Shown piece by piece: positions 13,221 to 30,065 of a stretch of 64,000 nt of DNA. Each line of letters opens with the position of its first letter. The first letter of the stretch is position 1. This DNA is from the human T2T-CHM13v2.0 reference genome, Homo sapiens, in the NCBI RefSeq assembly GCF_009914755.1, contig NC_060933.1. One strand, 5' to 3'. Below the pieces are notes generated by a model. It saw only the letters and a list, made by a program, of their open reading frames with translations. It made no database searches and was not told where the DNA came from. The translations under genes were made by a program, and so were the position numbers.

Positions 13221-13439
13221 CTGTTAGTCCGTTTTTGTACTACTGAAATAGACATACCTGAGACTGAGTAATTTATAAAGAGAAGGAGGTTTAATGGACT
13301 CAGCTCCATGTGGTTGGGGAGGCAAAAGTCCCCCATCACATCATGGGGGATGGTGAATGTCACATCTTACATGGTGGCAGGCAAGAGAGAATGAGAGCCA
13401 AGTGAAAGGGGTTTCCCCTTATAAAATCATCAGATCTTG
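13221..13439 (-). mobile_element. THE1 5' LTR, downstream part (TATA/R/U5), interrupted by L1
   Basis: Parallels 11292-11500; ends ...ccttataaaatcatcagatcttg at the L1 junction. Confidence 0.9.
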
Positions 13440-13546
13440 AGTTTACATAGCAAGATGGCCGAATAGGAACAGCTCCAGTCTGCAGCTCCCAGCATGATCA
13501 ACGCAGAAGATGGGTGATTTCTGCATTTCCAACTGAAGTACCAGGT

Positions 13547-13879
13547 TCATTTCAATGGGACTGGTTGGACAGTGGGTGCAGCCCATGAAGGGCAAGCCAA
13601 AGCAGGCCGGGGCATCACCTCACCCGGGAAGCACAAGGGGTCAGGCGATTTCTCTTTCCTAGTCAAGGGAAGCCATGGCAGACTGCACCTGGAAAAACGA
13701 GACACTTCCACCCAAATACTGCGTTTTTCGCAAGGTCTTAGCAACTAACGGACAAGGAGATTCTCTCCCGTGCCTGGCTCGGCTGGTCCCACACCCACGG
13801 TGACTTGTTCACTGCTAGCACAGCAGTTTGAGATCGAACTACGAGGCAACAGCCTGGCTAAGGGAGGGGCATCTGCCAT
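13547..13879 (-). pseudogene. L1 ORF0 homologue with one in-frame stop
   Basis: MADAPPLARLLPRSSISNCCASSEQVTVGVGPAEPG... resembles L1 ORF0 (MAGAPPPASLPPCSLISDCCASNQRDSVGVGPSEPG); stop at 13745-13747, the same frame then continues ...EKRSIWVEVSRFSRC. Confidence 0.8.
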
Positions 13880-14479
13880 TGCTGAGGCTTGAGTAGGTAA
13901 ACAAAGTGGCCAGGAAGCTCGAACTGGGTGGAGCCCACTGCAGCTTAGCAAGCCTTACTGACACTACAGACTCCACCTCTGTGAGCAGGGTATAGCTGAA
14001 CAAAAGGCAGCAGACAACTTCTGCAGACTTAAGTGTCCCTGTCTGACAGCTCTGAAGAGAGCAGTGGTGCTCCCAGCCTGACATTTGAGCTCTGAGAACA
14101 GACAGACTGCCTCCTCAAGTGGGTCCCTGACCCCTGTGTAGCCTAACTGGGAGACACCTGCCAGTAGAGGCCGACAGACACCTCATAAAGGCGGGTGCGC
14201 CTCTATGATGAAGCTTCTAGAGGAAGGATCAGGCAACGATATTTGCTCTTCTGCAATATTTGCTGTTCTGCAGCCTCCACTGGTGATACCCAGGCAAACA
14301 GGGTCTTGAGTGGACCTCCAGCGAACTCCAACAGACCTGCAGCTGAGGGACCTGACTCTTAGGAGGAAAACAAACCAACAGAAAGGAAAAGCATCAACAT
14401 CAACAAAAAGGACATCTACACCAAAATCCCATCTGTAGGTCACCAACATCAAAGATGAAAGGTAGATAAAACCACAAAA

Positions 14480-15504
14480 ATGGGAAGAAACCAGAGCAGA
14501 AAAGCTGAAAATTCTAAAAACCAGAGCACCTCTTCTACACCACAGTATCGCAGCTCCTCGCCACCAACAGAAAAAAGATGGATGGAGAATGACTTTGACA
14601 AGTTGACAGAAGGAGGTTTCAGAAGGTCGGTAATAACATACTTTTCCAAGCTAAAGGAATATCTTCTAACCCATCACAAGGAAGCTAAAAACCTTGAAAA
14701 AAAGGTTAGACGAAGGGCTAAATAGAATAAACAGGGTAAAGAAGACCTTAAATGACCTGATGGAGCTAAAACCATGGCAAGAGAACTTCGTGATGCATGC
14801 AAAGTTTCAATAGCCAATTAAATCAAGTGGAAGAAAGGGTATCAGTGATTGAAGATCAAATTAATGAAATAAAGCAAGAACCCAAGTTTAGAGAAAAAAG
14901 AGTAAAAAGAAATGAACAAAGCCTCCAAGAAATATGGGACTATGTGAAAAGACCAAATCTATGTTTGATTGGTGTACCTGAAAGTGACAGGGAGAATGGA
15001 ACTAAGTTGGAAAACACTCTTCAGGATATTATCCAGGAGAACTTCTCCAACCTAGCAAGGCAGACCAACATTCAAATTCAGGAAATACAGAGAACACCAC
15101 AAAGATACTCCTCAAGAAGAGCAACTGCAAGACACATAATTGTCAGATTCACCAAGGTTGAAATGAAGGAAAAAATATTAAGCACAGCCAGAGAGAAAGG
15201 TCGGATTACCCACAAAGGGAAGCCCACCAGACTAACAGCAGATCTTTCAGCAGAAACCCTACAAGCCAGAAGAGAGTGGGGGCCAATATTCAACATTGTT
15301 AAAGAAAAGAATTTTCAACCCAGAATTTCATATCCAGCCAAACTAAGCTTCATAAGTGAAGGAGAAATAAAATCCTTTACAGAGAAGCAAATGCTGAGAG
15401 ATTTTGTCACCACGATACCTGCCTTACAAGAGCTCCTGATGGAAACACTAAACATGGAAAGAAACAACCAGTACCAGCCACTGCAAAAACATGCCAAATT
15501 GTAA
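14480..15504 (+). pseudogene. L1 ORF1p (RNA-binding chaperone), frameshifted
   Basis: MGRNQSRKAENSKNQS... and ...EIWDYVKRPNL...ARREWGPIF...YPAKLSF; frame broken around 14700-14770. Confidence 0.95.
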
Positions 15505-15567
15505 AGACCACTGATGCTGTGAAGAAACTGCATCAATTAATGGACAAAATAACCAGCAAACATTGTA

Positions 15568-19518
<3,951 letters not shown>

Positions 19519-19802
19519 ACAATGAGAACACTTGGACATAGGGCAGGGAACATCACACACCGGGACCTGTCGGGGAGTGGGGGCCTGGGACAGGGATAGC
19601 ATTAGGAGAAATACCTAATGTAAATGAGGAGTTGATGGGTGCAACAAACCAACATGACACATGTATACCTATTTATCAAATCTGCACATTGTGCACATGT
19701 ACCCTAGAACCTAAAGTATAAAAAAAAAAGTTTACAGAAACTTTCCCAAGGCCACAGAGCTGATAAATGATGGAATCTGAAGATAAAAAAAGTTTAAAAA
19801 AA

Positions 19803-19960
19803 ATCAGATCTCAAGAGATTTATTCACTACCATGAGAATATGGGGTAAACCGCTCCCGTGATTCAGTTTTCTCCCACTGGGTCCCTCTCATAACATGTGG
19901 GAATTATGGAAGTTACAATTCAAGATGAGATGTGGGTGAGGACATAGCCAAACCATATCG
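19803..19960 (-). mobile_element. THE1 5' LTR, upstream (U3) part
   Basis: tcagatctcaagagatttattcactacc...gccaaaccatatcg followed by right TSD ctggg (19961-19965). Confidence 0.92.
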
Positions 19961-20594
19961 CTGGGCTAGTGCAATAGTGTGATTCCTGGGAAATGCGGCC
20001 AACCACATGTGAGACAGAAGAAAAAGCAAAAAGCAAACAAAGAAAAGAAAGCAAAAAAAAAAAAAAAAAGCTTTTCATACGATAGGGAGTGGGGTTGGCT
20101 AATTTTGATAAACAATTACCATTTTTAATAATAGCAATAATAAGTATTATAATCATATTTTTTTTTGGTATGGAATTATCTCCTGAAAAAAAACAGAAGC
20201 ATATTTGCAAGGTATTTTCCCTTGAAAGGGACTTAATAAATAAAGAGACCAGACCACAGTGCCTCCTGGTGGGAAACTGATTGCAGCTTGAAGCCTCTTC
20301 CTCAATTATTTATTTACCCAATCTCTTAAACCTGCAAGTGAGGAGGCAAAGAAAACAGTTACATGCATCTGACTCCAACCTGAGGTGGGCTTAAATATGC
20401 AATAAGGAAAATGAAACCTAAGGGACCAATGCCTTATCCTTTGGGAAACTGCAGTTTGGGATCTCCAGACTGAGACTTGAAGAGGAAATGAATGGAGAGA
20501 ATATGGGAGAAGAAACAGACAAGTCAGAATGCAGAAAGCATCATGGAGGACGCTCCTGTGAAGGTCTAAACCTGAAACAAAGACAAGTAAGTGA

Positions 20595-20800
<206 letters not shown>

Positions 20801-21310
20801 TTTGTTTTTTATACATTGTAACACTGCAATGTCCTATGATTTGAACAATTTTTTTAATGAAAAACTCTGCATAACTAACATGGTGGTCCAGAGGCTGAAA
20901 AGACAAGGTAAATATGAAACTAGACCCTAGCAACCTGAAGTGTGAGGCAGCTAAGTAAAGCTCTGACTGGGAAATCAATCTTTGCTTCACTCACATTCAT
21001 GGGAGCATTCAGGAACATTCCAGGCTGTTTGGCAGTAGCTAGATGCACCCAGTGCACAGATAAGCACCCTTTCATTATCTCTATAATGGTGAAGGATGAA
21101 TACCAGTAATTGCCTCAGAAGGGCAAAAGCAAGCCTCTTGTACCTGGTGGAGTCCTCATTCTGTGTAAGTCATGGAGCAGCAGCTGCAACGGGGCTGGAG
21201 AAAAACTCTAGAAATATAGAATCCTAGAAGAATAATTCATTGTGTCATATTCTTTATAGAACTTGCTCTGCCAGTTTCCATATCCTATGCTTTCATAGAA
21301 ACTTTACACT

Positions 21311-21599
21311 TTTTTTTTTTTTTTTGAGATGTAGTCTGGCTCTGTCATCCAGGCTGTGGTGCACTGGCACGATCTAGGCTCACAGCAACCTCCACCTCCA
21401 GGGGTCAAGCAATTCTATGCCTCAGCCTCCCGAGTAGCTGGAATTACAGGTGCCTGCCACTAGGCCTGGCTAATTTTTTTTGTATTTTTAGTAGAGACAA
21501 GGTGTCACCATCTTGGCCAGGCTGGTCTTGAACTCCTGACCACCCGCCTCAGCCTCCCAAAGTGCTGGGATTGCAGGGGTGAGCCACCACGCCCAACCC
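21311..21599 (-). mobile_element. AluS
   Basis: Dimeric Alu with poly(T); TSD agaaactttaYact at 21297-21310 and 21600-21613. Confidence 0.93.
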
Positions 21600-21693
21600 A
21601 GAAACTTTATACTTTTTAACTTTGTCTATTGTCAATCAAATTACAGTTCTATGGAGCTGCCTCTTCAACGTTCCAGTCACTCATTCATGTGCA

Positions 21694-21742
21694 TTCTCTC
21701 TCTCTCTCCCGTTCTTTCCCTCTGTATCTTCCACTTTCTCTT

Positions 21743-21777
<35 letters not shown>

Positions 21778-21793
21778 TTCGTGCACACACACA
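21694..21793. repeat. Compound (CT)n/(CA)n microsatellite
   Basis: Directly visible. Confidence 0.9.
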
Positions 21794-22370
21794 AATTGCC
21801 TTGGTATGTTATGGTGTGAAATCACCTTTGGTAACCAGCCAGGGCAGAGATACCTGCAAAGCCCAGGTGTCCAAGGAGTACATTTCAATTTAATCTCCCT
21901 GTACAAGTTATCAAAGATTTTCTTTGAGACTGGAAAGATGTACGCTGAAATGCCTAGATAACAAAACTTTTATGAATCATCTACTTACTTTTAAAGATGG
22001 TTTCTGCATGTTGCAATGACCCATGCCCCTATGAAAGTATTCTTAGGAGAATATGGAGTTTTCAGTATAATCTGTTACTACCTCATATAGCTACTTCGGG
22101 TTTTAATTTGTATCATCTGTTCCTTAGGAATTATTTTTATAACAATAATTATTATGTTTACAAACAGCCTATGATGAATACATTGTCTTGACCTTTTTTT
22201 CAGGGGTTTTGGGCCAAAATAACACAATTTTATCATGACATTGATGAATTAAAATGAGAGGATTATGAGGTTTAATGTCTTTCAAGATTTTCACTTAATA
22301 AATTTCCGGCGTGGAACTATAAGAATGTATGCCCAAAGAATCAACATCTGAGAACAGAATGTGATAAATA

Positions 22371-22852
22371 TGCTACTATAAAGACACATGTACATGTATG
22401 TTTATTGCGGCACTATTCACAATAGCAAAGACTTGGAACCAACTGAAATGTCCATCAATAATAGACTGGATAAAGAAAATGTGGCATATATACACCATGG
22501 AATACTATGCAGCCATAAAAAAGGATGAGTTCATGCCCTTTGCAGGGACATGGATGAAGCTGAAAACCATCATTCTCAGCAATCTAACACAGGAACAGAA
22601 AACCAAACACCGCATGTTCTCACTCATAGTTGGGAATTGAACAATGAGAATGCTTGGACACAGGGTGGGGAGCATCACACACCAGGGTCTGTCGGGGAGT
22701 GGGGTGCTGGGGGAGGGATAGCATTAGGAGAAATACCTAATGTAAATGACGAGTTGAGTTGATGGGTGCAGCAAACCAACATGGCACATGTATACCTATG
22801 CAACAAACCTGCACGTTGTATACATGTACCCTGGAACTTAAAGTATAATACA
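22371..22852 (+). mobile_element. 5'-truncated L1PA (L1PA6/7-like) 3' end
   Basis: ORF2 C-terminus [15 protein letters not shown]... plus 3'UTR ending gaacttaaagtataata. Confidence 0.92.
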
Positions 22853-23093
22853 AATTTTTTAAAAAGAGGTAAGTTTTTATCAGTATAATATTACAAACTT
22901 TCTGGATAAAAATGCCCTTTTGACACAGTAACACCTCCTCAGATGAAAATTTCTTCACAGACAGAAAAATAAGTGGTATTTCATTGAAAGCATGTCTGAT
23001 TCAGAGATCTATGTAAACTGCATTGGAAATGAGATACACACCTACTTTCAAGATGTATTAATTGTGACAAATACAAAGCAGTTGTTTATGGCT

Positions 23094-24186
<1,093 letters not shown>

Positions 24187-24639
24187 TTAACCAGCTAACG
24201 GGATAAAGGAAAGCTATTTATGAAATATTTGCAAATAACTTCAAAAGTATTTGTGAAATGCGTCATTTCAAAATACGGCTTATTAGTGAAAATCCTGAAG
24301 TTGATGACATTTGGCTTACCAAATGGGGCTGGCAAATGCATTTTAACATGTTGCTGGAAGTATATTTTTTTCTCTGACTTAGCTGATCTTTTTGAGTTAA
24401 TTCATGACTTAATTATAAAACATAAATAAGACCATCTTTGCAGTTAAATCATTTTATAAACTATGTGTGCATGAACAAAATTCCACAAACCTTACTGCCA
24501 TAATTTCTATCCTTCCATCCATTCACTCACCTCTTATGTAACTTTGAGTATTTTGGTGCCTGGATAAATAATTTTCAGCCATTCAATCATTAACTTGGAG
24601 GATGGATACAATGGAAAGGTTGTCAAGAGAAAAAATGAA

Positions 24640-25000
24640 AAGGTAAGCAAAAACAAAATTTGTAAGATATTCTAAGTTGTTTAGACTTTATTTTGAGGGC
24701 AGCAGGGAGCTAATGACAGACATTAAGCAAGAGTGATACTATCAGATCGTATTGATCAAAAAATCACCCTGGCTGCAGTGTGAGCCTTCGGAGGGAGCAA
24801 GAGTAGAATGACAGACCAGACAGGTGACTACACATCTGCTGTAATATGATGCTAGCCAGAACAAATATGGCTGTGACAATAAAAAGGATTTGACAGAACT
24901 GGAAAGTAGAACCCAGAGGACTTTATAGTTAATTTAATGTGTGGGATGACTTATAAGAGTCCAAGATGGAGTTAAAGTGAATAAGGTTAAATGGGAGGAG
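24640..25000 (-). mobile_element. L2 fragment
   Basis: gactttattttgagggcagcagggagc...taagcaagagtgatac...aaaatcaccctggctgcagtgtg resembles antisense L2. Confidence 0.55.
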
Positions 25001-25309
25001 AGGCACTTCCTCCACTGCAGCAGCAAGGAAGTAGGAAAAATTACTATGGAGGCAGTTATTTTGTAGCTTTGGTACAAGAATGTGAGGAAACTTATTATTT
25101 CGTTATATTTGGATAATAGGTCTTCTCTGAGAGGAGACAAGTGGAAGAGGGGTTGGAGTTTTAGAATAGAAAATTAGAAAGGTTCAACTGACAGAAAACT
25201 ACAAAAGATTTTTGGCTAGCTCAACAGAAGTTAAGGACAAAGCTGAAACACTCGATTCAAATAGAATAATTTATAGAGATTTAAAGAAAAACAGGGCAAT
25301 TTGTTACAG

Positions 25310-25825
25310 CCGTTCATGAGCAGCATTATCTCCAATAGCTAAAGCATGGAAGCAACCCAATTGTCCATCAACAAATAAATGGATAAGTAAAATCTAGTAC
25401 ACACATAAAATGGAATATTATTTAGCCTGAAGGAGGATGGAAATTCTGACATTTGCTACAACACGGATAAACTTTGAGGAAATTAAACCAATCACCAACA
25501 ATGAAATAAACCAATCATAATACCCTGATCACAAAAAGATCAATACTATATGTTTTCACTTATATGAGGTACTTAGAACAGTCAAAATCATAGAGACAGA
25601 AAGTAAAATAGTGGTTGCCAGGAGCTGGGAGGAGAGAGGACTAGGCAGTTATTGTTTAATGGGCATAGAGTTTCAATTTTGCAAGATGGAAAGAGTTCTG
25701 GAGATGGAAGATAGTGACGGTTGCACAACAATATGAATGTATTTAATATCACTGAATTTAGCCACTTCAAAAAGGGTAAGATGGTAAATTTTACATCATG
25801 TGCGTTTTACCACAATAAAAAAATT
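25310..25825 (+). mobile_element. L1MB-like 3' end
   Basis: ggaagcaacccaattgtccatcaac...gttctggagatggaagatagtgacggttgcacaacaat...ttttaccacaataaaaaa. Confidence 0.85.
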
Positions 25826-26198
25826 GTAAGACACACATATACACACACAATAAGTAGGGCAATGATGTGTAACTTGAATGCAAAGAAAAAAGGAAGCAAG
25901 GGACAGCATATTAACACCAGTGAAGTAGAATTACATGAAAAGTTGAAACATGGGAAAGAGGGCTCTTTTACGTTTTCAGATAAAAGTTACCATTCATAAT
26001 CTCAAAACATAAAACACTTTGGTATGTTTCCCCAAGATGCAACTAGGAATACTTTTCACACAATCACTCAAGCCAGCAACATCACTAGCATCTACTAATT
26101 TTATATTATTCCTGTTAATGTATACATGTTGACTCTAGGGAGAGAGGTTGTGTTTCATAAATTTTGAAGTGTGTACATAATCATATCTTAAAAGTTTT

Positions 26199-26913
<715 letters not shown>

Positions 26914-27069
26914 TGAGAACTGTGAGACACCATAGAAGAAATGTTAACAAAATATAGGAGTTCAGAGCAATTTGTAAGAAACTGTGATACAAGGGTGAAG
27001 CTCTACCATAATGAATATGCACTGAGAGTATTGAAAACAATAATTTGGGGAAGTAAAAGTAGCAGGTAA

Positions 27070-27310
27070 TATTACTTAATCACATACTACGGACAAGACT
27101 AAGATTTTATGTGATTAACCCACTGAATCTTTATAAAATTAATATGAGGAGCTACTGTAGTTATCACTAATGAACACATGAGGTAAATGAAGTGCATACC
27201 AGTTAGGTAATTCACCGAGGAAACTTTACCGCAAAAATGTAGACAAGCTAAAATTTGAACACAGTCTATCTGCCTTTAGAGCTAGGGCCCTAAACTTCTA
27301 TGTGGTACTG
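27070..27310 (-). mobile_element. MIR (degenerate)
   Basis: catgaggtaaatgaagtgc...gttaggtaattcaccgagg...aatttgaacacagtctatctgcctttagagc. Confidence 0.55.
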
Positions 27311-28931
27311 GATTCACTCACAGTGGAATGTCATAGACTAATTAAATATCACTGCAGAATTTGAATAATTAACATGTGAGGATTAATGTGTTGGAAAGCA
27401 GAGAATAAGAAAGCAGGATATATCCTGTGTGTCCTGCAAAGAATATGAAGTTCTTTCTAACTAAACACATACTACTGACCTCATTTGATACAAATATGCC
27501 TTTTATATATATTCAAACAAGAAAAATTTACAGTATGTTTACTTTTTTAATTTCCATTGAGAAACCAAAGGGACAGAGTTAACAGAATTCACTTGTACCT
27601 TTCCATGACGTGGAAAGGTAAAACTACATGTTTCATGTAAAGCTACATGTTGCTTTTTAAAAACATTTGATCCTTGGGCTTGTCTAGTGTTTCATCTAAG
27701 TAAAATAAATTTTTAATTGAATTGACAAAATAAATACATAATTATAGAAAGTATAGCGTTATTTTTTAAAACCATGATTTTTTTCATAGAATACACAAGA
27801 TAGTGTCTGTTACACCAGGCATACCTAGTGTACGTATAAATATTATAGATGTTAATACAGCACAAAGGGAAACATTAAAATATAATACTGAGATACTCAT
27901 AAAAGTAAATACTGATAAAAGATTAGTGGTTTGGGAATTTATATTTCTCAGTATATAACAAGTGAGTATATAAGCACTAAATAAGTATTAAGGACTTTGA
28001 AAACTATAATTATACATGTGGTTAATAGATGCATTATAAATGACACTATCAGAGTAAATCAGTTCTTTTCAAATGACTATGAAACCTTATAAATATTGAG
28101 CATTAGCAAGAGCCCTTGGGTGACAATGACAGAAACCTAATCCAAACTAAGGATAAAAAGGGACAAAACTGTTGTACTAGGAAAGAGATGAAGCTACAGT
28201 TAAAAGAAACTCAGGATAAGAGTTGGAGGGTGAATCCTGGTCACATCTGAATACTTTGGTCTGCATCTGGGGCATTTTTGCGTCTGCTCTTCCCAGATTT
28301 CAATCCACAACACCCGCTTTGGCCTAGTGAGACGGCCCAGTGTTATTCCTATAAACTTCTCCATATGCCTGTGTTTGGTTTAGGGTTTTGTCCAAAGCAA
28401 TCTAAGAGCTGCAAAATAATGCTGTTACAAACCAAAGCCCTTTACACTGTACCTCACCAACAAGATGAAACCAAGGGGAGCATGAAGGAATCAGCAGCCT
28501 GGTCTCTTTTCTCAGCTTTTGGTTTCAGAAGCAGTCCCAGAAGAGATTAGTAGCATCATGTCAAGCAGAAAACAATAGCAAAAATAATGTCAAAGTCCAG
28601 AAGAGATAAGCCTGTCTGTTACAAGTAACACAAACACGGAAGCTGAGCCAGAGTCCAGGAAAAGTACTCGTATGCCAAATACGATTGAGTTCATCAAACA
28701 GACTTAATGCGTGATTCCAGAAAAACTAACTTGACATTTTCAGGGCCAGTGTAATATAATTTTGTTTTTAGAACATTGTTATTCTTTTAGCAATGTTTCT
28801 TACAAAAAGCATATGTGCTTATTCTAAAATTTTGAGATTACATTTAAAAAGTAACAAAAATTACTGGCAATTACTAACCTCTGGCTTCAAGGTTTTGTGC
28901 TTATTCCCCAGTATTTATACAGACACACTTT

Positions 28932-28933
<2 letters not shown>

Positions 28934-28968
<35 letters not shown>
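28934..28968. repeat. (TG)n microsatellite
   Basis: Directly visible. Confidence 0.95.
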
Positions 28969-28970
<2 letters not shown>

Positions 28971-30065
28971 TTCTTGTCTATTTATGCCTGTTTTTAATGT
29001 AAAAATAAGAAAAGGGTGAAGGACTGGCATAAAACCTAGTTGTACACATATATTATGAAATTGTTTTTGATCATTAAATACCTGCTACTGGATTTTTGTG
29101 ACAGTTGCCTAGAATTTCATTGAACAAATGTACTATCATTTATTTAATTATTCCCTTTTTGTTGAGTGGGGTTTTTCTTTTCATTCTGAGCAGTTCTGCA
29201 ATGAGTACTAATTAAATTAAACCACCGTAATCACCCATGAGTATTACCCCAGGAAATTCCCAGAGATTAAACCTTAGGTCAAATATTATGAAAAAAAATG
29301 TTAAAGCTTTTGAATGCCTAAAGATTTTACTAATATTTGCTGCCACAATAATTACTTCTCTGGAATGCCATTATTTCTTTACCAATCTTTAATACAGGAA
29401 GCTATCTTTTAAAAATATTTCCATTTTAGAAAGGTTAAAAAGTATATTAAAATATTCAAGAATTCATATATATTCAAATATATTCAATGTTCAAATATAT
29501 ACTGCCTTTGAATAATTTGAATATGCTCTTTGAAGTTTGGATTTTTAAAAATAAATTACTTATTTATTTTCTTTACCCTAATAGGTTCTAGCCACTGGAA
29601 ATAAGTGTCTCCATCCTCATGGAGTCTACATTAGAGCAAAAAATAACAAATAATCAAATATGTAAACAGACTTTGTCAATGATAACCTCTATGGTAGATG
29701 AATAAGTTGATATGATAACAGCCTACTTTAAATAGGATGGTCAGGAAACACTTTACTTGTAGGAACTTGTTATATATTTAAGAAAGTATTCATTTGTTTA
29801 TCTTACATACAGCACATATTTTTCTGAAGTTGTTTCAGATATAGGGGAGGAGCTAGGACGCAAGGCCCTGCCTGGAAATATCATTCATCTCCTCATGTGA
29901 GGAAAGAAACAATTCGTTAGGAGGTAATTGGTTAGGAGGTGGGGTGTTTGTGTAAAGAGACTAAACTTTTCCAGAGGTGTTTTGGCTGAGGCTTGAAAAG
30001 AGAAGGAATGTTTTAGAGTGGGGAATGGTAAAGGAAAAGGGAGAGGCAAAAGTATAAAAACTACG

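Noticed and set aside
28100-28600. Possible ancient MLT1 LTR (gacaatgacagaaacctaatccaaact)
   Set aside because: Only a short motif matches; boundaries cannot be supported by eye
29450-29525. Repeated atattcaa units
   Set aside because: AT-rich low-complexity slippage with no higher-order structure
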